Source: Desulfatiglandales bacterium (GTDB lineage: Bacteria; Desulfobacterota; DSM-4660; Desulfatiglandales; Desulfatiglandaceae). Taken from it: 64,000 nucleotides of DNA. Under the pieces are notes generated by a model. It searched no databases, had not been told where the DNA came from, and worked only from the letters and a program-made list of their open reading frames with translations. The DNA lies in NCBI GenBank assembly GCA_963662465.1, contig OY759599.1, forward strand, positions 2,624,001 to 2,688,000, written 5' to 3'. Numbering within the stretch: position 1 is the first letter of the stretch; the number at the start of each line of letters is the position of its first letter. Shown piece by piece: positions 48,200 to 57,068 of the stretch. A program made the translations under genes and the position numbers.

Positions 48200-48306
48200 G
48201 TCGCATCTCCCCCAGTGGATTGATGATTGTTGATTGTGGATTGTGGATTGTCGATCAATGATTGCTAAAACGCCAATCATCAATCAACAATCGCAAATCA
48301 ACAATC

Positions 48307-49950
48307 CTAGAACTCGGGTTTCCGGAGCCCGTAGTCGTCCGCAATGATTTGGTAACAGTTATAGCTGGACCCCCGACCAATGGCGGGTCCGCCGGCCACT
48401 CCGGAGGAACACATGTACAGGCCGTCCACATGGGTTTTGAGGCCGCCCGGCAGTCCTCTAAAACGACCGCTCTGGCTTCCGCCGCAGTTCCCTTCGGACC
48501 AGCCGCCTTCTCTCATGTCCAGATGGGTGTCCTGGATATCGATGGGGGTGGCCACACGTTCCGCGATGAGATTGTCTTTGGTCATATTGGGGGCGTATTT
48601 CCGCCATTGATCCATCATGGTGTCAACAAACTCGTCATGCAGCTGCCGCCACTCTTTTCTGGAGAAAAGGCGTGCGGGGGCGGTGAATTCCTCCACATGG
48701 ATACTGTATTTTCCTTCGGGGGCGCGTGTGGGATCCCAGATACTGTCGGGCGCCGTCAGAAGGTGAAGCTTGGAAGGCATTCCCAGCAGAAAGATTTCGT
48801 GCATGTACTTGTCTTCCGTATATCCCAGATCCTTTGGCAGATAGTAGGTCCGGGGGGTGCAATTAACATCCGGATTGTCCTTGGCAGCGGTATAGTTCGG
48901 CAGCTCATGGACGCCGATGGGTCCCCAGAAAAGCTGTGCGCGATCAAAAAAGTAGGTGTCCACTTTCCGTTTCATCTGGGTGGACAGTTTGTCTTCGCCG
49001 ATCATGCGGAGGAACAGCTGCGGCGTGGCATTGTCGGACACCACCATTTGTTTGGCCTCAATTTCGGTGCCGTCCAGCAGCCTGATCCCTTTGACTTTGT
49101 TGTTGTCAATGATGAGTTTGTCCACTTCCGAGTTGATGTGATATTCGGCCCCCATTTTTTTGCCCGCCGAAACGAGGGAATCCGTAATGGACTGGGTGCC
49201 CCCTTTGGCAATGGCCGCCGTCTCCCATCCCAGCACCAGGTGGAGGGTTGCAAAGGCAAACATGACCCCCGGCACATCATCGGGATAGATGCCGCATGAG
49301 GTGAGAAACCCTCTCATCATCAGAATCCTGAGCTCAGGGCTTTCAAAGATATAATGAGCCCATTCTTTTGCGGTCATGAACTGCATGGACGGATCTAATC
49401 CGGTTTTCGGATTGATCACCATTTTTTCCAGGGCATCCGGAATACCATAGGGTGTGGGTACGGCAAATCGATAGTCATGGAATGCCGGCCTGATGTAATC
49501 GTTGTATTTTTGTGTCCAATACAGATAGGCTTCCGCATCGGCTTTTGAGAACTGGGCGATTTGGTCATAGGTCTTTTTGGCGTTTGTCTCGCTGTACTCG
49601 GTTTTTCCGGTCTTGGGATCTACCACTGGATAACCGGCATAGGCCACATAAGAGGTGCCGTCGTCAAACACAGCCGCTTCATTGGTATCCGGGAAGGCGT
49701 ACTCCAGGCCTTCGTCCCGAAGGTTGAATTCCTTATAGGCCGGATGTCCGTAATAGCGCGTAAAATGGGCGCAGAAATTGCCCCGAAACCCGGGCGCGGG
49801 AGAATCATCAAAGGACACGGCGCCGCCGCCCAGATGATCCAGCCGTTCAAAGACCCCTACCGATAAACCCGCCTTTGCCAGATAAGGAGCAATGGTCGTT
49901 CCATGATGTCCGCCGCCGATCACAATTGCATCGTAAGATTTGTCCGCCAT
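48307..49950 (-). CDS. Phytoene-dehydrogenase-like FAD-dependent oxidoreductase
   Basis: IGGGHHG, ERLDHLGGG, KGGTQ, YAPNM, GLYMCSS motifs. Confidence 0.82.
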   Translation of the reverse strand: MADKSYDAIVIGGGHHGTTIAPYLAKAGLSVGVFERLDHLGGGAVSFDDSPAPGFRGNFCAHFTRYYGHPAYKEFNLRDEGLEYAFPDTNEAAVFDDGTSYVAYAGYPVVDPKTGKTEYSETNAKKTYDQIAQFSKADAEAYLYWTQKYNDYIRPAFHDYRFAVPTPYGIPDALEKMVINPKTGLDPSMQFMTAKEWAHYIFESPELRILMMRGFLTSCGIYPDDVPGVMFAFATLHLVLGWETAAIAKGGTQSITDSLVSAGKKMGAEYHINSEVDKLIIDNNKVKGIRLLDGTEIEAKQMVVSDNATPQLFLRMIGEDKLSTQMKRKVDTYFFDRAQLFWGPIGVHELPNYTAAKDNPDVNCTPRTYYLPKDLGYTEDKYMHEIFLLGMPSKLHLLTAPDSIWDPTRAPEGKYSIHVEEFTAPARLFSRKEWRQLHDEFVDTMMDQWRKYAPNMTKDNLIAERVATPIDIQDTHLDMREGGWSEGNCGGSQSGRFRGLPGGLKTHVDGLYMCSSGVAGGPAIGRGSSYNCYQIIADDYGLRKPEF

Positions 49951-50029
49951 TTCCGTTTTACCTCCTGTTTATATATGAAAAAATTAAAAAAGGTGTTGAA
50001 TCCTGCTTTTCAAATCCAAAATCGAAAAT

Positions 50030-50821
50030 CTATCTAAGCGACATGAAAACCTCTGCCAGCTTTTCAGCCTGATCATCCGGATCACCTTCGATGAACTGAC
50101 AATCCCTTCCCATATTCGGGGGGGAGGAGAGTGCCGCAATCCCCATTTTTTGAAGCGCTTCCGGGAGAACGTCAAGGTCCCCGGCGCTCCATGAGGGGAT
50201 GGAACGCGATCCCTTCATCATCTTCAACATCTTGGTCCTGGAAATATACCTCAGCTCACCCACCTCGTTGCTCACGGTCACCAGTGCGGGCATCTTGGCT
50301 TTTACCCATTCATATCCTACGGGGATGCTCTTCTTGACCACCACGCTGCCGTCTTCGACGCTGATGTCTCGAGCCAGGCTGATGCAGGGCAATTCAAGCA
50401 TTTCCCCCACAATCAAGCCCACCTGACCGGAATCCCAGTCCCCGGCCTGCCTTCCGGTCAACACCAGATCGTAGTCGCCGATTTTCCGGATGGCGCCGGC
50501 CAACGCCGCAGCGGTGGAATGGCTGTCCAGTTTGTCAAAGTGTTCATCTTCCAGAAGGATCAGTTCATCGGCGCCCGCCGCCAGCGCCTTTCGAAGGACC
50601 GTGTCCGAAACCTTCTTACCCAGACTCAGGACCGTTATTTTCCCGCCCAAATCTTCTTTCAGTTGAACCGCCGCCTCCAAAGCATTTTCATCAAAAGGAC
50701 TGATGACCTGGGGTGCGTCCACGATCACTTCCATTTTTTCAGCGTCCACCCTCACATCGGAAAGGGGCGCTTCCGGATCGGGAATCTGTTTGGCACAGAC
50801 GATGATTTTGATATCCGTCAT
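50030..50821 (-). CDS. etfB: Electron transfer flavoprotein beta subunit
   Basis: CAKQIPD, PFDENALEAA, GRQAGDWDSGQVG. Confidence 0.92.
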   Translation of the reverse strand: MTDIKIIVCAKQIPDPEAPLSDVRVDAEKMEVIVDAPQVISPFDENALEAAVQLKEDLGGKITVLSLGKKVSDTVLRKALAAGADELILLEDEHFDKLDSHSTAAALAGAIRKIGDYDLVLTGRQAGDWDSGQVGLIVGEMLELPCISLARDISVEDGSVVVKKSIPVGYEWVKAKMPALVTVSNEVGELRYISRTKMLKMMKGSRSIPSWSAGDLDVLPEALQKMGIAALSSPPNMGRDCQFIEGDPDDQAEKLAEVFMSLR

Positions 50822-51807
50822 GACAATTCCTCCAGTTTCTCTATGAGTGCCGGTATGATTTCTTCATAATCTTCAACGACGCCGTAATCCGCCACCTTGA
50901 ACATGTTGCAGGCGGTATCCGTATTGATGGCAATAATCTTCTTGGAATGAACCATTCCCACCAGATGCTGAATGGCCCCTGATATCCCCACCGCCACATA
51001 GATGTCAGGCGAAATCATCGTGCCGGTAAGACCCACCTGATGATCCGACGATATCCAACCCTTATCCACGGCCACGCGGCTGCACCCCACCATCACATTC
51101 CCGAATAATTTGCTTAAGGCCCCTCTCAGTTCCTCAAGCAACTCAAAACCATCTTCTTCTCCCAGACCCGCCCCTCCGGCCACCACCACGGTTGCCTTGT
51201 CAAGGGAAACGATGTCCTCCTTGACAATTTCGAGGGATTCAACCTTGATCATGGTTTCATCGATTTCCGGCGTAATTTCTTCGATTACGCCCTTTCCGTC
51301 GCCGCCCTGGGGCGGCGTAAAAACTTTTCCCCGCACCGTCGCCAGTTGCGGTTCTCCTGGAAATTTAAAGACTGAAATAGCATTGCCTCCGGAAACCGGC
51401 TTGGTCCGCAGCAAAAGGCCGTCTTCCGGATCGATGGAAAGATCAACGCAATCGGTGGTCAGTCGGCTGTTCAATCGAGAGGAAAGCCTCGGCCCCACTT
51501 CCATACCCATAAAAGAGTGGCTCATGAGAAACACTTTCGGCATGATCTTTCGGCAGGCCTGTTCCAGGGCCGCTACCCACAGATCAGGCTTGAATCCCTC
51601 AAGCAGCGGGTGTTCCATTTTATAGACCTTGGCCGGGCCATAGGGAATTGCCGCGTCGCAAACCCCTGAAACCGCGTTCCCCATCAACAGCAGGGAAAAC
51701 CCACCTCCCATTTCACCCGCCAGCTTCTTTCCCGCACCTAACAATTCAAGGGTTCTCGTATCCAATGAACCCTCTTTCACTTCTCCCAGTATCAGAACCT
51801 CACTCAT
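50818..51807 (-). CDS. etfA: Electron transfer flavoprotein alpha subunit
   Basis: VVVAGGAG, GCSR, QVGLTG, YVAVGISGAIQH.VGM, IAINTD. Confidence 0.92.
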   Translation of the reverse strand: MSEVLILGEVKEGSLDTRTLELLGAGKKLAGEMGGGFSLLLMGNAVSGVCDAAIPYGPAKVYKMEHPLLEGFKPDLWVAALEQACRKIMPKVFLMSHSFMGMEVGPRLSSRLNSRLTTDCVDLSIDPEDGLLLRTKPVSGGNAISVFKFPGEPQLATVRGKVFTPPQGGDGKGVIEEITPEIDETMIKVESLEIVKEDIVSLDKATVVVAGGAGLGEEDGFELLEELRGALSKLFGNVMVGCSRVAVDKGWISSDHQVGLTGTMISPDIYVAVGISGAIQHLVGMVHSKKIIAINTDTACNMFKVADYGVVEDYEEIIPALIEKLEELS

Positions 51808-51959
51808 CCTGAACCTCCTTGCAGGTTTTACGTTTTACGTTTTAAGTTTTAAGTTTATGGGTTCCAAAGCCGGCCCGTGGGAACCAGATGAACTCGTTAC
51901 GCTCCACGCTTCACGCTTCTTTTGTGTTGGTTTAAATCCGCAATCCGCAATCCGAAATA

Positions 51960-53885
51960 CTATAGTGCCTGCAGCACCAGTTCATTTAAATCCATCACCC
52001 GGAAGGGTTCTTTCAGCCCGGCAACCTTGCGGGCATCCTCCAGCATGATCATACATAAGGGGCATGAGGTGATGAGGATTTCAGCACCCGTGGCTTCGGC
52101 TTCCCGAATCCGGACTTCCCCCATCTTGACCTCGCCTGAAAGGTCCTGCCACATCCTTCCGCCCCCTCCGCCACAGCACAGGCTATGGGCGCCATGGTGC
52201 GTCATTTCCACCAGCGTAATTCCGGGAATGGCGCGAATAATCTCCCTGGGTTCATCAAAAATCCGGTTATGCCGACCCAGATAACAGGGATCATGGTAAG
52301 TGACCTTGGCTTCAATCCCTTTTTTGAATCGCAATTTACCCTCAGCAATCAACTCCCTCAACACCAGGGTGTAATGCCTTGCCCGGAAAGAGGCTTCCGG
52401 ATATTCATTCTTGAAGGTGTGGAAGCAGTGGGGCGAAGAGGTGACCACCTCGGTAATGCCGTATTTGTCAAAGAGTTCCTCACAACCCTCTTTCTGTTCC
52501 TCAAACAGCCCCAATTCCCCGACGCGTCGTGCAATATCCCCGCAGCAGGGTTCTTTTTTCCCCAGGATGCCGAAACTGACGTTTGCAGCCCGGAGAATCT
52601 CTGAAAACGACCGGGCAATGACCTGGGCCGTGTCATCAAAGGAGGTGGTACACCCCACAAAGTAGCAGAGATCACATTCAGCCCCTTTTTTGGTGAGGTC
52701 GGTCAGTTCCAGACCATCCGCCCAGGCCCCCCGCTTGCGCTTGGAAGATTCCCAGGGGTTATTGTATTTAAACAGCTTCTCAAGGGTCTGGGTCATCAGC
52801 TTGGGAACCTGGGTTCCCTCTTCCACGGCCAGCACGCGTTTCCGGGTCACCGCCTCGAAGGCGGCGCCGTAGACCGGGCACACTTCCAGGCAGGCCCGGC
52901 AGGTAGTGCAATACCAGAAGTTTTCATCCACCTTTGTATTTTCATTCCGGCTCATGAAGCGGATATCCCCCAGTGGAAAATGTTCCTGCCACAAGGCGTG
53001 TCGCATGGCCTGGACAAAATCCCGAGGGGCGAAGGGCTCACCGGCCCCGGCGGACGGACAGGCCGCCACGCACCGGCCGCAACGCATGCAGCCGTCGAAA
53101 AAGATCGCGTCACCCAAGGCAAATTCCCCGGCGCCGTCTTCCAAACCCAAAACAACGGGTTCGGCGGCATCCTGGAAATAGATACAAGCGGGGGCGCCCA
53201 TGATGTGGAACAGCTTGGTGTAGGGAATCAGGGCAATGAAGCTCAGACAAAAAAGGGTGTGTATCCACCAGCAGGATGGATAGAAGGCTTCGGCCGATCC
53301 AGGTGAAAGCAGGCCACTCACCCACCAACCCATAAAAGACCATGCTCCCCATGCCGGTTGCTGGGAGGACAGTCGAAGGGCTTCCAGCAGAAAACCTGAG
53401 AGAACAATCAGCAGGAGCCACAACGGAACGAGCGCATCTTCCAATCGCCTTTCAAGGCGGGGCACACGCTGAAGGTATCTTCGAATGAGTGCCCAGATGA
53501 TCCCCGTCAGCAGCATCAGACCCGCCAGTTCCATAACCAGGGAAAAAATGAGATAGGGCGTGCCATCCAGAAACGAAACGAGGTAATGGTGGATGGCCAG
53601 CACGCTGGTGCCAATGAAAAGAATCAGAAATCCCCAGAAGATGAAAAGGTGCATCAAACCAGCGGCCACTTCGCCCTGAAACAAACGACGTCCCAGGAAT
53701 GCATCCAGCAGCATTTTCTTGAGGGCATCTCCTGAAAAAGGAATCTTTGAGGATTTGGCGCTTTTCTTCCATACCAGGATATGGGCGCCGATGCCTGCCA
53801 GGAACAGGCCCGTGGAAAGAGTTGCCAGCATATAAAAGACCCAAACATGATCGATCTGCCAGAACATGATGCGATTGGGCGTCAT
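51960..53885 (-). CDS. Membrane-anchored Fe-S/CCG oxidoreductase (ETF:quinone oxidoreductase, HdrF/FadF-like)
   Basis: N-terminal TM helices with MH..IFWGF and HT...PYTKLFH, then CMRCGRC, CTTCRAC and two CCG domains; adjacent to etfAB. Confidence 0.87.
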   Translation of the reverse strand: MTPNRIMFWQIDHVWVFYMLATLSTGLFLAGIGAHILVWKKSAKSSKIPFSGDALKKMLLDAFLGRRLFQGEVAAGLMHLFIFWGFLILFIGTSVLAIHHYLVSFLDGTPYLIFSLVMELAGLMLLTGIIWALIRRYLQRVPRLERRLEDALVPLWLLLIVLSGFLLEALRLSSQQPAWGAWSFMGWWVSGLLSPGSAEAFYPSCWWIHTLFCLSFIALIPYTKLFHIMGAPACIYFQDAAEPVVLGLEDGAGEFALGDAIFFDGCMRCGRCVAACPSAGAGEPFAPRDFVQAMRHALWQEHFPLGDIRFMSRNENTKVDENFWYCTTCRACLEVCPVYGAAFEAVTRKRVLAVEEGTQVPKLMTQTLEKLFKYNNPWESSKRKRGAWADGLELTDLTKKGAECDLCYFVGCTTSFDDTAQVIARSFSEILRAANVSFGILGKKEPCCGDIARRVGELGLFEEQKEGCEELFDKYGITEVVTSSPHCFHTFKNEYPEASFRARHYTLVLRELIAEGKLRFKKGIEAKVTYHDPCYLGRHNRIFDEPREIIRAIPGITLVEMTHHGAHSLCCGGGGGRMWQDLSGEVKMGEVRIREAEATGAEILITSCPLCMIMLEDARKVAGLKEPFRVMDLNELVLQAL

Positions 53886-53981
53886 GGAAGTCTCCTCCTT
53901 TGGTGTGCCGCTCAAAAATAAAGTGTTGTAGACATTGTTCGTTTTTTTGTAGACTTGTCAAAGCAATTGTTTTTATACAAG

Positions 53982-53998
53982 CATAAGGTTTGCTTATG
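53982..53998. promoter_or_regulatory. Putative LysR T-N11-A operator
   Basis: cataag-gtttg-cttatg perfect 6-bp inverted repeat in the divergent intergenic region. Confidence 0.55.
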
Positions 53999-54027
53999 AT
54001 CGAAAAGATATGCTTATAGGATATGAA

Positions 54028-54906
54028 ATGCGAATCAACCTGAACCAATTAAGATCCTTCTTCCTGGCAGCCCGGGAAAAAAGCATCACCAAGGCCGCCC
54101 AGGCCCTGTACGTGACCCAGCCCGCGGTGACGATGCAGATTAAGTCCCTGGAAACGGATCTGGATTTAAAACTCTTTACGCGGTATGGAAAAGGGCTTGA
54201 TCTCACCGATGCGGGCCGGATTTTATTCGGTTATTCCGAGCGCATATTTGAGATTGTGGAAGAGATGGAATACGTGTTGAAGGGTCACGCGGATCTTTCC
54301 GCCGGTTCCCTGGTCATCGGCACCACGCGAAGTTTTGCCCGACACCTCATGCCCAGACTGCTTTCCCGCTTTCAGGAACAATACCCGGGCGTCAAAGTGT
54401 ATCTGAAAGTGGGAAGCTCCACCAAAATTGCCGACGGCGTCATGGCCTATGACTACCATCTGGGCATCATCGGTCGGATCCCCTTTCGCAGCAAACTGAG
54501 CGTGGTGCCCTTTACCAAAGAGGAATTCTGCCTGGCTGTGCCCATCAGCCACCGATTCGCGGCCATGGAAACGGTTTGCTTCAACGACCTGGAGAAGGAA
54601 CCCATTATTATTCGCGAGGATGGATCAGGATCCAGATATGCCATCCTCTCCCTGTTAAGTTCCCTCGGCGTCAAACCGTCGGTTTTGTTGGAGGCGGAAA
54701 GCGTTGAATTTATAAAAGAATACATCATTCAAGGGCGAGGGATCAGCTTTTTGTACAAACCTGAGATTCGGCTGGAAGCCCAGTTGGGCCTGCTAAAACC
54801 CCTGACCCTCAAGGAAGGGCCCATCCTGGTGCAGACAGATGTGGTGTTCCCGAAGGACGTGGATTTAAACCCGGCCACCAAGGCCTTTCTTCGATTGGTG
54901 GAATAA
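54028..54906 (+). CDS. LysR family transcriptional regulator
   Basis: NLNQLRSF...SITKAAQALYVTQPAVTMQIKSLE...LF.R HTH; IIREDGSGSR. Confidence 0.95.
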   Translation: MRINLNQLRSFFLAAREKSITKAAQALYVTQPAVTMQIKSLETDLDLKLFTRYGKGLDLTDAGRILFGYSERIFEIVEEMEYVLKGHADLSAGSLVIGTTRSFARHLMPRLLSRFQEQYPGVKVYLKVGSSTKIADGVMAYDYHLGIIGRIPFRSKLSVVPFTKEEFCLAVPISHRFAAMETVCFNDLEKEPIIIREDGSGSRYAILSLLSSLGVKPSVLLEAESVEFIKEYIIQGRGISFLYKPEIRLEAQLGLLKPLTLKEGPILVQTDVVFPKDVDLNPATKAFLRLVE

Positions 54907-54928
54907 CCTGAGCGAAAACGTCTTCGAT

Positions 54929-55432
54929 TCAACGAAATGGAAACAGGCGCCGGGCATCTTTGAGCAGAAGGAGGAGTTGTTTTTCCCGAAGCGGGGAGGC
55001 AACAAAGCCGAAACGTTGGTAGAAGCGGGATGCCTCGGCGTCAAGCGGATGGGCCGGCAGGGCGCGTATGCCGGTCTGCTCGGCAATCCACAGTGTACGC
55101 CCGATAGCGTCTTGCAGGAGCCCCCTTCCAATACCCTGCCCCTGATAACTGAGAGACACGGCAAGGCGGGCGAGGATCACGACCGGAATTGGGTAATTTC
55201 CCATGCCTTTCCGGATGCGCTCGGGGGCATCCATGGCGGCCACTTCTCCGACCGTCAAGCTGTAGTAACCAACGACACGCGCATCCTCGGTCACAGCAAA
55301 GGTCCTGGCAGATCCACTGGCGTGGGCCTGTAAGGCATGGCGAATCAACCACGCATTCATGCTCGACTTACCAGAGTCGAAAGACCCGAAGGAGTGACCT
55401 TTATGAATAGGTTTGGGGCCGGTCAGGGTCAT
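54929..55432 (-). CDS. GNAT-family toxin (TacT/AtaT-like)
   Basis: FDSG...WL, VVGYYSL, PIPVVILARLAV...QGQGIG..LL.DA, FYQRFGF. Confidence 0.88.
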   Translation of the reverse strand: MTLTGPKPIHKGHSFGSFDSGKSSMNAWLIRHALQAHASGSARTFAVTEDARVVGYYSLTVGEVAAMDAPERIRKGMGNYPIPVVILARLAVSLSYQGQGIGRGLLQDAIGRTLWIAEQTGIRALPAHPLDAEASRFYQRFGFVASPLREKQLLLLLKDARRLFPFR

Positions 55433-55731
55433 GCCTTATCCCAGGGCGCGGGTTTCGACCACAAGTCCTGTAAACCGGCATTGGGCTTTGGGGGGCGATC
55501 CAGCAGCGCCATAAACTCTTGGTATTTTGCCTCGGAGACCATGAAGATTCGCTGATCCAGCAGGGTCTGTTCAGCGGCCCGGCAAGCACTGTCCATGACG
55601 AATTCGGTCAGCGACTTATGACAAGCCTTTGCCGCATAACGCAGAACAGCCTCTTGCTCAGGGGTAGCCCGTAGCCCGAGCCGAGCCGATTTCACAATTC
55701 CTTTTCTGAGCGGTTTTGTTGCAGCCATCAT
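55429..55731 (-). CDS. DUF1778 RHH antitoxin (TacA/AtaR-like)
   Basis: KSARLGLRATPEQ...AA...SLTEFV..SA...AEQTLLDQR...LLDRPP.PN; ATGA overlap with the toxin gene. Confidence 0.88.
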   Translation of the reverse strand: MMAATKPLRKGIVKSARLGLRATPEQEAVLRYAAKACHKSLTEFVMDSACRAAEQTLLDQRIFMVSEAKYQEFMALLDRPPKPNAGLQDLWSKPAPWDKA

Positions 55732-55885
55732 CGACCTCCTTGTGAATGAATTTGGATATGTTAGTACATCCGACGAACAATATCAAGGAATTTTGAACAA
55801 GAATGGCTCTTGAGGAAGCTCTGGAGCAGTTTACCTTGGTCTCCAATTAAAAAAATCCGGATCATTTACGCGAGACACCCCGCTG

Positions 55886-56311
55886 CACTTCCCCCACCTT
55901 GCAGGTATCGCGACGGTTTTCCAGACGCACGGTCAGGGTTTCTCGTTTCTCGGTGGGCGTGGCATAATTGGTGAAAATATCCGCCTCTACGGTGACGGGT
56001 CCGGTGAGGCTTGGGGCGGCGGCGCCGTAGTAGTTGGCTTCGATAATATAGGTCCCTTCCATGGCCCGGCGCAGCAGATATTCTTCCGGGCCGTATCCAT
56101 CCGTGAAGTCCTTGGAAAGGAGTCCTCCCAGGGTAGTTCTCCGGTGTTTGAAGGTGGCCTGTTCACCCGAGGGTTCCGTAACCCAAAGGTCAATATCGGT
56201 GAGATCGGCATCCCAGGCCAGCACAATGCGGAGGGCGAGATCCATGGGGAGGATAAGCCGGCTGTCCACTTCAATATGCCGGACGCCGAACTTTCGGGCC
56301 ATGGGCAGGAG
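55886..56311. repeat. 426-bp direct repeat, copy 1 (orphan 3' end of the VIT/DUF2135 gene)
   Basis: Matches 57068..57493 at a constant offset of 1182 nt; 4 transitions found by manual comparison. Confidence 0.9.
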
Positions 56312-56403
56312 TTTGAAGGAAACCCTGTTGGCCAAATAAACATTGCAGGCGCTGTATCGATCGTGGTATGTAGTACATGAATATAATCGATGGAGGTTAC
56401 GCC

Positions 56404-56610
56404 ATGCAAATAGTGACTGTTTCTCCAAAATTTCAAGTAGTAATCCCACGAGATGTAAGAGAATCTTTACATCTACGTCCCGGACAAAAAATGCAGGTTG
56501 TTGAATACGAAGGAAGAATTGAATTAATTCCTAACCGTGACATTTCAGAACTACGAGGCTTTTTAAAAGGAATCAACACCGAGTTTGTGCGGGAGAAAGA
56601 TAGGATATGA
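56404..56610 (+). CDS. vapB: AbrB/MazE-family antitoxin (VapB-like)
   Basis: MQIVTVSPKFQVVIPRDVRESLHLRPGQ; GGAGG RBS; ATGA overlap with the PIN gene. Confidence 0.87.
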   Translation: MQIVTVSPKFQVVIPRDVRESLHLRPGQKMQVVEYEGRIELIPNRDISELRGFLKGINTEFVREKDRI

Positions 56611-57002
56611 ATATCATAGATTCCTCGGCCTGGTTGTCATATTTCACTGATGAACCCACCGCTATTCATTTTAGTACTCCGATACAGGATGTAAAATCAC
56701 TTGTTGTGCCGGTCATTACCATCTATGAAGTTTTTAAAGTGGTGCTACGAGAATCAAGTGAGAATGATGCATTACAAGCTATTGCAGCAATGCAGAAAGG
56801 CACTGTAGTTGACTTAACATCAAGTCTGGCAATAGCCGCATCCAAGCTGAGTATTCAACATAAATTACCCATGGCAGATAGCATCATTCTTGCTACTGCC
56901 AAGAATTATAATGCAACGATCTGGACTCAAGATATCGATTTTAAAGATATTCCAGGGGTGAATTACTTCCCAAAATCAAAAAATGGCCAACCAAACGCTT
57001 AA
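56607..57002 (+). CDS. vapC: PIN-domain toxin VapC
   Basis: IIDSSAWL, ITIYEV, LPMADSIILATA, WTQD.DF acidic PIN residues. Confidence 0.9.
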   Translation: MNIIDSSAWLSYFTDEPTAIHFSTPIQDVKSLVVPVITIYEVFKVVLRESSENDALQAIAAMQKGTVVDLTSSLAIAASKLSIQHKLPMADSIILATAKNYNATIWTQDIDFKDIPGVNYFPKSKNGQPNA

Positions 57003-57068
57003 CCTGTCCGGAAGGGGCACGGCGGCGCTAATAGCGGCATGTTCCGCGGCAGGCAGGTCGAGCTCCAC
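56985..57068 (+). mobile_element. Truncated attC-like site closing a vapBC gene cassette
   Basis: GGCCAAC-caaac-GCTTAACCTG ... CAGGTCGAGC-tccac; the complementary GTTGGCC lies at 56327-56333 upstream of vapB. Confidence 0.55.

Noticed and set aside
41217..48306. Short intergenic repeats as a CRISPR array
   Set aside because: They are 7-nt tandem units without unique spacers, and no cas genes are present.
55862..56449. 195-aa ORF as an independent gene
   Set aside because: The N-terminus is antisense to vapB and cassette DNA; the rest is the duplicated 3' end of the VIT/DUF2135 gene.
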